Shown here: positions 46,155 to 55,587 of the stretch, one piece after another
Numbering within the stretch: the first letter of the stretch is position 1
How the letters are laid out: each line of letters starts with the position of its first letter
Source: an uncultured Gemmatimonadales bacterium
Lineage (GTDB): Bacteria; Gemmatimonadota; Gemmatimonadetes; Gemmatimonadales; GWC2-71-9
Assembly (NCBI GenBank): GCA_963739455.1
Contig: CAVUAK010000001.1
Span: forward strand, 1,696,001 to 1,760,000
Reading direction: 5' to 3'
DNA length: 64,000 nt
Notes under the pieces: generated by a model
What the model saw: the letters and a program-made list of their open reading frames with translations, nothing else
The model's database searches: none
What the model was told of the DNA's origin: nothing
Position numbers and translations under genes: made by a program

Positions 46155-47244
46155 TGCTTCGCTCCAAAGTCCTGCTCGTCCTGGCCCTGTCCACGCTGAA
46201 TGCCTGCTCCATGACGTTTGATGGCACCAAGCTCGGTGTCCCTGTCACCATGGGCTCGAAGGCCGGCGCTCCCGCAAAGGGCGCCCCGTTCAAGGTCAGC
46301 TCGGGCTCGATCTGGGTTCTCTGGGGTGCCGTGCCGGTGAAGAAGCCGTCACTGCGCGAGCCTCTGGGTTCGCAGCTGGTGGGCGGCCAGAGCATCGAGG
46401 ACGTGAAGATCACCGTCGGGAGCAGGTGGTATGACGTGCTGGTCAGCGTCGTCACGCTCGGCCTCATCACGCCGCGAACCGTCACGCTCGAGGGCGTGGT
46501 GGTGGGCGACCCGAGCGCCAACCTGAAGGGCGCCGACTACGGCCCCGTCGTGCCTCCCCCGGTGCCCGGAGTGGCCGGGGCTCCGTCGGTGACCACTCCG
46601 ATGGGGGCCAACGACCCCACCTCGACAGCATACGACTTGAGCGCCACACGGAGCCGCTCCGCCTTCGAGTTCACGCCAATGGTGGCGTACGTCTTCGGCG
46701 GCGGGTTCAACACCGATGGGCTCGATGACGTGCCGCCGGGCAACCTGACGCTCCGGAGCGGCATCGGGTACGGCGGCGAGATCGGCTTTACGCCGAACGG
46801 CCGGCTTTGGCTTCGAGGCCACGTTCCTGAGGCAGACCACTGATATCACCTTCGTGCCGCAGCCGGGCTTCACCGCTCCGCTGACCACGTCGGGATTCGC
46901 GTCCAACTACATCCATGGCGGCGCGCGATACGAGTTCGGCCAGCAGAACGTCCATCCGTTCCTGGGTCTCGGCGTCGGCGCCACGATCTTCGATCCGCAG
47001 AAGGACGGCATCGGCAGCAGCACCAACTTCTCCCTCTCGGCCGAGGGCGGCGTTCGGATGATGCTGGGGAAGGGCGCCCAGCAGCGGTTCGGCGTCCGCG
47101 CCACGTTCCGCGGCTGGTTCTACGTTCGTGCCGAACGGCACCTTCCAGGCGTGGTGCGACTACTACTACGGCTGCTATGCCACCGAGGGAACGTCCGTCG
47201 TTACACAGGGTGAAGGTTCCCTGGGGTTGGTCGTCACCTTCTGA
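46154..47244 (+). CDS. Lipoprotein (Bor/TRL-like) fused to an outer-membrane beta-barrel; frameshifts near 46815 and 47121
   Basis: LNAC lipobox, TLGLITPRTV, Pro-rich linker, FEFTP..HPFLGLGVG..GLVVTF. Confidence 0.6.
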
Positions 47245-47246
47245 TC

Positions 47247-48185
47247 GTGCGGTTCCATCCTCAGCTCCTCCTGCTGTCGGCCGTGTTCGCCGCGGCCTGC
47301 TCCGGCGACGACCCGGCCGCCGTCGACCCGTGTGCCCCGGGCCAGGGTGTTGCCGAACTGCGCCAGGACATCGTCTACCAGGATCTTCCCGGCGTCTCGT
47401 CGCGCGAACGGGTGCTCGACCTGTACCTGCCCCAGCGCGCTGCCAGCTGCGGGCCGGCCCCGATCGTCGTGTGGGTGCACGGAGGGAACTGGGGCGGCGG
47501 CGACAAGCTCGAGCTGAGCGACAGCATCGCATCGAAGCTCACCGGCATGGGCTACGTCCTGGCGAGCGTCAACTATCGGCTTTCGTCGCCGATATACACC
47601 GAGCACGACCCGCCGGTCACATGGCCGACGCATGCCAACGACGTGGCGGTGGCGATTGCCTGGCTGCGCCGCGAGGCGGCTTCATTCAACGGCGACCCGG
47701 CTCGCGTGGCGCTCATCGGCTTTTCGGCGGGCGCGCAGATCGTGGCCAACCTCGGCACCGACCCGCGGTACATGGCGAGCGCCGGGTTGGACATGGCGCC
47801 CATTCGATGCACGGCGTCCCTGGACGTGCGGCTCTATGACATTCCGCTGGCGGCCGAGCAGGTGCCACGGATCGTCCCGGAGCTCGAGACGATCTTCACG
47901 ACCGATCGCTACAACTGGACGCTGGCGTCGGCCACCCTGCAGGTGAAGGCGGGGTCTGCCCTCCGGCCGTTTTTCGTCCTGCGCCGGGGCGACGATGCTG
48001 GCCGTGTCGGGCAGGCGGACAGTTTCATGGCTGCGCTTCGGGCGGCGGGTGGCGTGGCGGTTACCACCACGGCGCTCGACTACCAGCACGACGACGTGAA
48101 TTTCACGCTCGCCGAGCCGTCCGACTCCATCGTGTGGCCGGCCCTGCGGCATTTCCTGCTCGACCAGTGCTTTCCCGCGAGCTAG
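47247..48185 (+). CDS. Alpha/beta hydrolase (esterase) lipoprotein
   Basis: AAAC lipobox, HGGNW, VNYRL, GFSAG. Confidence 0.85.
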   Translation: MRFHPQLLLLSAVFAAACSGDDPAAVDPCAPGQGVAELRQDIVYQDLPGVSSRERVLDLYLPQRAASCGPAPIVVWVHGGNWGGGDKLELSDSIASKLTGMGYVLASVNYRLSSPIYTEHDPPVTWPTHANDVAVAIAWLRREAASFNGDPARVALIGFSAGAQIVANLGTDPRYMASAGLDMAPIRCTASLDVRLYDIPLAAEQVPRIVPELETIFTTDRYNWTLASATLQVKAGSALRPFFVLRRGDDAGRVGQADSFMAALRAAGGVAVTTTALDYQHDDVNFTLAEPSDSIVWPALRHFLLDQCFPAS

Positions 48186-49455
48186 AGAAGCTCGTCCAGC
48201 AGCGCCGCTGACCTCGCTGACGCACCGCGCTCTGCCTCCACCACGGTACGCGCCCGGCCCCCGGCGGCGGCGCGTGCCGGCTCATCCTGAAGCCAATTAA
48301 GCCACACCGTCGCGATGCCCTCGACGGTCCCCGCCGTGGCGGCCGCTCCATCCGCAATGAGGCGCCCGGCGTCCCGACTCTCCTGCCAGTGGGGCCCCAC
48401 GATCACCGGAAGGCCCCAGGCGGCCGGTTCGAGGACCGAGTGCAGGCCCGCGCGACCGAACCCACCACCGACGTAGGCCAGCCTTCCCCGCACCGTAGAG
48501 TGTGGCGAGTACCCCCAGCTCGATCCACGACGACCAGCGAAGTTTCGGCCGTGGCCTCACCAAGCAGTCGCGGTGACGGCGCACCGATCCTGCCCGCCGT
48601 GCGGAAGATCAGCTCGACCGCGTCCGGCGTTGGCTCGTGCGGCGCCAGGACGAGGCGCGCATCGGGCCGGCGAGAGCGCACCGACACGAAGGCCGCGAGG
48701 AGGATCTCTTCATCGACCGGCCAGGTAGACCCTGCCACGAGTGCAGGCGCTGCCGGGCGCGAGCAGCAGGTCGTTGCCGCGCGCGCGATCGACGCCGCGA
48801 AAGGACGCTGTCCGAGCGGGGGTCACCCGTGACCCGGATGCGCTCGCGCGCCACGCCCAGCCGGGCGAGGCGCTCGGCGTCGTCGTTGCTGATCGCGCCG
48901 GCAATCCTGAGCGCCTCATAGCCGGGCTTGAGGAGCGCGCGCGCGACTGGCCCCAGGCGCCCGCTCCCGGGGCGCACCGTGGCCGCCACGAGCGCCACCG
49001 GAATGCCGATGCGCGCGGCCTGGGTCGCCAGTTCAGGCCACACGTCGAGCTTGGCGAATACGAGGAGTGATGGGTCGAGTGCGTCGAGCGCCTGCGCCGA
49101 GGCACTCGCGGTATCGAACGGAAGGCAGTCGGCGATATCGGCACCGACGCCTGGCGGCGAATTTCTCCGCCGACGGGCTGAAGTAGGTGTACGCCACCTG
49201 CCAGTCCGGATGCCGTCGACGGAATTCGTCGATGACGGCCCTGGCCTGGAGTCCCTCGCCGACACTGGGCGCATGGAACCAGGCGAGCGGCCGCGCCGGA
49301 TCGCGGGACGTGCGTCCCCAGGCACTGAGCCGGTCGCCGACGCCGCGGCGCAGCCCGACGGTCCGGGCCAGCTTGTCATCGAAGAGGCCGCCGAGCGGTG
49401 CCAGCACGCTGGCGGTGCGCAGCAGCGCGCGATAGGCGAGGGAAGTGCGTGGCAC
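48182..49455 (-). CDS. waaA: 3-deoxy-D-manno-octulosonic acid (Kdo) transferase (frameshifts)
   Basis: WFHAPSVGE, LPFD, TGDPR, AGSTW, AYVGGGF..HSVLEPA. Confidence 0.88.
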
Positions 49456-49537
49456 GCTCCAAGGTCGCCGCACGGCGCGTCCCGGGTCAACGCCAGGACG
49501 GTTGCGGGCTGGCGCGGCGCCTTGCTAGCTTGAAATC

Positions 49538-49716
49538 ACGTTTCCGCCCGATGTCTCACCCTGAGCGAAGGAGGTGATCCGTTGCCAAGTAGCGACAGTT
49601 GCATCAGGGGCTCGAGGGCAAGCGATCGCCTGGTGGCGCGCTGAACTCGCCGGGACTCGACTGAGCCCCATGACAACGAAACCGCGCCGCCTCCCCCCGG
49701 GGAAGCGGCGCGGTTT
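49538..49716 (+). ncRNA. Putative small structured transcript containing a 20-codon ORF (49582-49644)
   Basis: TTGCGG-N18-TAGCTT promoter, AAGGAGGTGATCC SD, long hairpin, terminator. Confidence 0.5.
49679..49716. terminator. Bidirectional intrinsic terminator
   Basis: AAACCGCGCCGC..GCGGCGCGGTTT. Confidence 0.75.
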
Positions 49717-49727
49717 GGCGTTCACGA

Positions 49728-50910
49728 TCAGGCGCGCGCGATGCTGCCGGGCCGTCGTGCCGCCTTGACCAGGATGAGGCCGCCAATGAACCCGAGCAGG
49801 CCCAGGACCAGTATCCCAACGAACACCCGCCACAGTACCCGATCGACGAAGATCTCCAGCTGGTGCTCGAGCGTGTAGTCGATGAGACGCTGGGTCGCGG
49901 CCTCAGCGTCCTTGAGTGTGGCCACGCGCTCTTCGTGCAGCGCCTCAATGACTGTGGCTCGCTCGGAGGCAAGCCCCGCCAGGACTGCCTCGCGCTCGGC
50001 TGTAATCGCCTCCAGCACCGCGATACGCTCCTGGGTCACCGCCAGGAGCGCAGCGAGCCGCTCGCGCTCCACCATGTCGGGGGTGGCCTCGGCGACGACG
50101 CGTGAGCCGCTCCACTGACGTCGTGACGCGTCCCAATTGGCCCATCAGGCTGTCGATGACGGGCTGCTTCGCCATGTCCGCGATCAGCAGTTCGGCCTGC
50201 CATCGGGCTTCCTTGAGCATGGTCTGCTGGATCTGGTCGACGCGGCTGTCGAGGATGCGCGTCGTCAATTCCATGCTGCCGACCGCCGCCAGCGCCGACC
50301 GGTTTCCAGGAAGCGTCGCGGCAAGTGAATCCATGAGGACGTTGCCGCGCCCGACATACGGGCTCTTGATCGGGTGGGCGTCGGCCCACGGCTGCAGCGA
50401 GCTGAGCCATCCCGCGCGGCCACTTGGCGTGATATCGTCGGCATAGTTCAGCAGCCCCTCGAGAATGTCATCGAGGGTCGCGATCGCGAGCGGCTGCTGG
50501 GTACCGAACATCGTCCGGCCTTCACCGGTGGTGAAGAAGGCCTGGCTCTGGAGGGTGAAGAGGATGAGGGCCCCCAGGCTCACCACCGGGTCGCGGGCCA
50601 GGGCGGCGCTCTGCAGCTCGGAAGTGGATACGATCTTCCACTGGATCGCGTTGCGTCGCACCACCGGGTCGCGGGTCAGCGCGGCGATGGTGTCAGCGGT
50701 GCGCTCGATATGCTCCGCCGCATTCTGGGACCGGGCCATCACCGACAACCGCATGCCGTCCGGCGACTTCGTAATGCCGGTGCTCGCCATCACCGAGGGC
50801 TGCTCGGGCTTGGTGTTGAGTGAGCACGCGCCAAGCGCCAGGACGCACGCCAGCAACGCCGGCAGGGCGGGGGTGCGTTGCAGTAGGGCAGGGGCCCTGC
50901 GTGCGGTCAT
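49728..50910 (-). CDS. Helical lipoprotein with C-terminal TM anchor (frameshift near 50100)
   Basis: LGAC lipobox, RWQAEL, ER repeats, C-terminal hydrophobic helix. Confidence 0.65.
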
Positions 50911-50997
50911 GGCGTGGTCAGTTCGTGAAGGTTGCAGCGAAACGGCGTCCCCAGCGAACTCGCTGCGGACGCCGTTTCTGCCTCAGGTGCGAGGGAC

Positions 50998-51543
50998 CTA
51001 CTTCGCTGCGGCCGTCGGCGGGAAATCCTTGAACATCTTCGCCATGGCCTTGTAGATCATCTTGGTGTTCTTCTCGGCATCCTTGTTGACCGTCTCCTGG
51101 GCCTGGCCGCGGAACAAGAGCTGCTTCGACATGACGTCGAAGATGTCGACGACCAGCGTCCCGATGACGTACTGCGACGTGGAGGTGGTGGCCATGCCCA
51201 TGCCGCCGCCGCCCCAGCCCCAACCGGCATACCCGCCGCCAGTGTACATCGTGGTGCTGGTCTCTTCCTTGTTGCCGGCGCCACTGACGAGCACAGCGGC
51301 GCTGGCCGCGTCAAGCGTCGCCATCTTCTTCCAGCCCCGGGACTGGAGAGCCGAGTCGACGGCGGCAATTACACGCTCCTGTCCAAGCTGGGTACCGAAG
51401 GCCTTCTGGATCTGGATGTAGTACGAGTTGTACTTGGACCAGTCAGCGCTGTGATCCCAGTCCGTGCTCACCTGCTGGGCCGAAAGGGCACCGGCCATGG
51501 CCAGTGTGACACAGAGCGTTGCGAGCGGCGTGCGAATCGACAT
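50998..51543 (-). CDS. DUF4136 domain protein
   Basis: Signal peptide, DWSKYNSY, GWGWGGG, GTLVVDIFD..LLFRG, MFKDFPP. Confidence 0.85.
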   Translation of the reverse strand: MSIRTPLATLCVTLAMAGALSAQQVSTDWDHSADWSKYNSYYIQIQKAFGTQLGQERVIAAVDSALQSRGWKKMATLDAASAAVLVSGAGNKEETSTTMYTGGGYAGWGWGGGGMGMATTSTSQYVIGTLVVDIFDVMSKQLLFRGQAQETVNKDAEKNTKMIYKAMAKMFKDFPPTAAAK

Positions 51544-51696
51544 CGGTAGCACTCCAGTTGTGGGTCTCACCAGTACAGGCTCCGGGCACTCGTTCACTTC
51601 GGGTGCAGGGTCAGACAATCTACAGTCCGCAGGGGAGGGGGACTAGATCCAGCACCCTGAAGGACGCTTCAGTGCACCCGTCTCGTACACGCCAGC

Positions 51697-53859
51697 CTAG
51701 AGGTACTGGCTCATGGTGAAGAGGAACGACCACTGGCCGTCGGCGTCGAGCGTCCGGATCAGGCCGAACCCGAGGAGGTTGCCGAACAGGCCAAGCCTGA
51801 CCTGTATGCTACCCCGGGCCCCGTTGGTCGGCACCGAGAAGGGGACCGTCTGGTTGTCGCTGTTGACGCGGGTCCCCAGCGAGTTGAGCGAGGCCTGCGC
51901 CATCGCATCCGACGCGCCGGTCCAGCCGACGTAGGCAATCAGGTTGATGTTCGGGTTGATGGCCGGGAGCGCCAGCTTCTTGCTGACGGGGATTGGCTGC
52001 CGCAGGAAGGGCAGGATGAACCCCACCGAACCGGTCAGCAGCAGGGCCTGGTCACCACCGAACTCGTCGAAGTCATAGCCCGGCAGCGTGAACGACCCAC
52101 CGATCAGGAAAAGCTGCTGGGAGGGAATCGCAGTCGGTGCTCTCGCAATACCACCGTAGCCGACAAAACTCAGGATCAGCCCGCCGACGTTTTGTCGACC
52201 AACCAGGCGGGCATTGATCGAGGTGTACTGCAGGTCGCCCTGCCCGTTTTCCAGGAACACCTGTGCACCGATGCCCGGGCGCGCAAAGTGGGAGCTGATG
52301 TCTTCCCGCCAGATCAGGCTGATCCGCGAACGGAAATACGTGCCTGGCTCGACGTTGGCGACCGGGTAGTAGGTCTGTCCGAGCGGGCCGTGGAACAGCT
52401 CCTGCGGCGTGGGCTGATCCTGCACCACCCCAACGTCAGCGCGGATCACGCCGCTCCGGTTCTTCTCCAGGCTGTAGCCGCCACCGACCTGGCCTACGAG
52501 CCGGTTTGCATAGTCATACAGGTCCTGCGCGAAGATCGGCCGCGTCCCCATCGCGTAGTCGAGTGGGTCCCGGAACTTGGTTACGACCGCGAGTTCGCGA
52601 CGCGCAGTCAGCTCGCCGAACCAGCGACCCCGGTCGAGGGTCGCGACCAGGCCGCCCTTCAACCGCCCGTCCCACCAGCCGTACCCGATGCCACCACGGA
52701 GGGCGAGGCCGGGGAAGGCATCACGCAGGAACAAGGTTCCCACCACGCCCGTATAGAGCCCTTCCACCCGGTTGAAGCGGAAGAACTCGTACGTGGTCGG
52801 CCCGCGAAAGAAGAACACCGGGCTGCCAGTCGGGCGAATGCGTGGTGGCCCGACATCGAGCTTGCCGTTGATCAGGTAACGGGAGGGCCAGTCTGTTGGC
52901 GCATCGCGCCAGTCGCGAAAGCGCCCGATCGAATCCCGCGGGGCCTCGGTGCGCAGCACTTCCGGCGGCACCGCCCCCTGCCCGAGTGCCACGCTGCCCG
53001 GTACAATCGTGACGTCAGTCAGGCGGGTCACCATGCGCACCATTGTCCCCATCGCGGTGGTGAGGGGGATCAGTATGGCCAGGTCGCCCGACTGGTAGGT
53101 GGGGATGAGGACCCCGTCGATGCGCTCGTTCTGGAAGTCGATGATCGTGGCGCTGGCGACGAGGGCGTTCCCGATCTTCTTCAGTCCGCGGAGCTGCTTC
53201 TCCGGGGGGCGCACCGTATAGATCTGGCCCCGCATGCGCATCAGGGCCCCGGTGCCGACCTCGAGGTAGAGCTCGCCCGTGAACACGCGTGTCGGGTCGG
53301 CGTAGGCTGCGTGCGGCGTCACTTGCACGATGACCACGCGCCGCGCCTGGCCCATCGCATCTGTGACGTCAACAGTGTCGCCACCGGAGTAGCTGTAGTA
53401 GAGCTCGCGGTCGCTGGCGAGTGGGTGCACCACATTCTGTGCCCGCGCCACGGCGCTATCGGCCTGGTCGCTCTTGTCGGTGACCTTTTCCTTCGGGTTG
53501 CTGAGAAGGGTGAAGCGGTCGCCATACAGGTTCGGCGCGATCCACGCCGAGCCCAGCACGTAGCCCGCCGGCAACGGAAGGCCTGTGGTAACGACGCGAT
53601 AGCCCTGGTTGTGCTGGTTCGCGCTGTCGCCGCTCCAGGTGAGCGTGCCGGCGTACTGCTCCACGCTCGAGATGCCCTCCACCCGGTCGGGCAGGGCCTT
53701 GTTCACCGCGATCTCAGACTCGAAATGCGCGCGGTAGCTCTGGGCGGGAACGACGGCGTTGAGTTCGGCGGCGCGCGTAACGAAGGCGCGGAGCGCAGGC
53801 GACGAGTAGGCACCCGTGTCGGCCGGTGCCTGCTGCAGCATGAGGAGTAGGGCTATCAC
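51697..53859 (-). CDS. Large outer-membrane protein with C-terminal beta-barrel
   Basis: RFNRVEGL, LPGYDFDEFGGDQ, amphipathic strands. Confidence 0.65.
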   Translation of the reverse strand: MIALLLMLQQAPADTGAYSSPALRAFVTRAAELNAVVPAQSYRAHFESEIAVNKALPDRVEGISSVEQYAGTLTWSGDSANQHNQGYRVVTTGLPLPAGYVLGSAWIAPNLYGDRFTLLSNPKEKVTDKSDQADSAVARAQNVVHPLASDRELYYSYSGGDTVDVTDAMGQARRVVIVQVTPHAAYADPTRVFTGELYLEVGTGALMRMRGQIYTVRPPEKQLRGLKKIGNALVASATIIDFQNERIDGVLIPTYQSGDLAILIPLTTAMGTMVRMVTRLTDVTIVPGSVALGQGAVPPEVLRTEAPRDSIGRFRDWRDAPTDWPSRYLINGKLDVGPPRIRPTGSPVFFFRGPTTYEFFRFNRVEGLYTGVVGTLFLRDAFPGLALRGGIGYGWWDGRLKGGLVATLDRGRWFGELTARRELAVVTKFRDPLDYAMGTRPIFAQDLYDYANRLVGQVGGGYSLEKNRSGVIRADVGVVQDQPTPQELFHGPLGQTYYPVANVEPGTYFRSRISLIWREDISSHFARPGIGAQVFLENGQGDLQYTSINARLVGRQNVGGLILSFVGYGGIARAPTAIPSQQLFLIGGSFTLPGYDFDEFGGDQALLLTGSVGFILPFLRQPIPVSKKLALPAINPNINLIAYVGWTGASDAMAQASLNSLGTRVNSDNQTVPFSVPTNGARGSIQVRLGLFGNLLGFGLIRTLDADGQWSFLFTMSQYL

Positions 53860-53908
53860 AGCGGTGAAGATAGGGTCGGGGGCTGGCGCTCGCCACTAGG
53901 TTTAGGGC

Positions 53909-54634
53909 GTGCCTCGAGACACTTACTGGTCGGCCACGCGTGCGCCGCGCTACAGCCTCCTCTTTGCCCTGCCATTGCTACTGGCATATGAGACGCTGGC
54001 GTTTGCGCTCTCGCATGACGCTTACGCCGGCGTTCGCAATGGGGCCGATGTGCTGCTCAAGAGTGCCTTTGTGTGGCTCGGCGGGCGCAACGGCCTGCTC
54101 TGGTTCGGTGCGGTGCTCATCGGTGCTGGCGCCATCCTGGTGGTGCGCGATTTCCGTCGCGCCGGCGCTGTTGTGCCGCGCTACTTCCTCGGCATGGCCG
54201 CCGAGTCGGTGGCGTACGCACTCGCGTTCGGCACGGTGACCGGCCTGCTCACCTCGGCGCTGCTCCGGGCAGCGCCAATGGCGGTGGGCATGGCCGGCGC
54301 ATTCGACCTGCCCACGCAACTAATGATCTCATTGGGGGCCGGGATCTACGAGGAGCTGCTCTTCCGCGTCATCCTCGTGTCAGGTCTCGCCGCGTTCTCC
54401 CGAAACGTGCTCAAGCTCGCGCCGGTGCCTGCAGGCATGCTCGCGGCAGTGATCGGTGCGCTCGTATTCAGTGCCTTCCACTACGTCGGCCCGTACGGTG
54501 ATCCGCTCGAACTCGGCTCCTTCACCTTCCGGACCATCGCGGGGCTCATCTTCAGCGGCCTGTACCTCACCCGAGGCTTTGGCATCACCGCCTGGAGTCA
54601 CGCTCTCTACGACATCTTCCTGACGATCGGGTGA
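53909..54634 (+). CDS. CPBP/Abi family intramembrane metalloprotease
   Basis: GIYEELLFR, FSAFHY, HALYD. Confidence 0.88.
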   Translation: MPRDTYWSATRAPRYSLLFALPLLLAYETLAFALSHDAYAGVRNGADVLLKSAFVWLGGRNGLLWFGAVLIGAGAILVVRDFRRAGAVVPRYFLGMAAESVAYALAFGTVTGLLTSALLRAAPMAVGMAGAFDLPTQLMISLGAGIYEELLFRVILVSGLAAFSRNVLKLAPVPAGMLAAVIGALVFSAFHYVGPYGDPLELGSFTFRTIAGLIFSGLYLTRGFGITAWSHALYDIFLTIG

Positions 54635-54640
54635 CCCGGG

Positions 54641-55402
54641 CTACTGCCCCAGTTGCTGAAGCGCGTTTCGCATCGGGGCGCTGGACACCTTGATCATGCC
54701 GTCCAGCGGCTGGTTCAGTTCGAGGACGAGGAAGATGGCCGCAGAGATCGCGGAGGCTCCGATGAGCAGGACCACGACGGCGGTCACGTTTCTCGGGGCG
54801 AACAGGCCGAAACTCACAAACAGCAGTATCAGCCAGAAGACCAGGATCAGCAGCAGCGGAACGGGCAGCTGGTTCTGCGCCTCCTCGATCAACAGCCATC
54901 GGGTTTCGCCCAGGTCGGCCGCGATCTGCTGGGCGTGCCCATACGCCTGGCGCTGGGCGTCGTTCTGCGGAGTCAGTTCGCGCAGCTTCTCCTGGATGAG
55001 CTCGATGCCATTGACGCGCTCGACCGCAGTCACGACCGACTCTTCAGCCTTGCTGGTCGGCCATACTCTTTCGATCGCCCCTGCAACCGTCCGCTTCAGT
55101 TCATCTCGCACGTCCTTCGTCTCCGGGCCGTAGCGGGCCAATTCCCGGTCCAGAAGGATGTACTTTGCGCTGACGTGCACGATGCCGGTGTTGATGGTGT
55201 CGAACGAACTCTTGGCGGAACTGACGAGGAGTCCGAGTACCAGCGCCGTCAGTGTTGCGATCGTCCCGGCGCTGAGCTTGACCAGGTCCTGCATCTCCTT
55301 GCTCAGGTGATGACCCGGCAGGCGCTGCTGCAAGGCCATGCCGAGAAGCCCGCCGGCGAAGATGCTGCCGGCGCTGATCAGGCCAATGGTCAGCGAGTGC
55401 AT
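54641..55402 (-). CDS. DUF4239 / bestrophin-like membrane protein
   Basis: TLTALVLGLLVSSAK, LLDRELARYGPE, ELNQPLDG. Confidence 0.75.
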   Translation of the reverse strand: MHSLTIGLISAGSIFAGGLLGMALQQRLPGHHLSKEMQDLVKLSAGTIATLTALVLGLLVSSAKSSFDTINTGIVHVSAKYILLDRELARYGPETKDVRDELKRTVAGAIERVWPTSKAEESVVTAVERVNGIELIQEKLRELTPQNDAQRQAYGHAQQIAADLGETRWLLIEEAQNQLPVPLLLILVFWLILLFVSFGLFAPRNVTAVVVLLIGASAISAAIFLVLELNQPLDGMIKVSSAPMRNALQQLGQ

Positions 55403-55523
55403 GGTTTCAACTCCCTTGCGGATCCCCGGCGGCAGGAGCAACCAGGCGAGAATAACGTCCCACCCCCGCGGCGTGCCAGTAGCACGCTCCAAAAACTTGG
55501 AGTCGTGTGGCCCGAATTGTCTG

Positions 55524-55540
55524 TTGTACCTTGGTACAAT
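55524..55540. promoter_or_regulatory. Palindromic operator-like site overlapping a TACAAT -10
   Basis: TTGTACC-TT-GGTACAA. Confidence 0.45.
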
Positions 55541-55587
55541 ACGGGCACCTCATTCATCAAGCATTCCTCGCGATCGGCTACGACCTC

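Noticed and set aside
49568..49580. 16S rRNA fragment on the minus strand
   Set aside because: Match stops at 13 nt; flanks are not rRNA-like. Treated as an extended SD.
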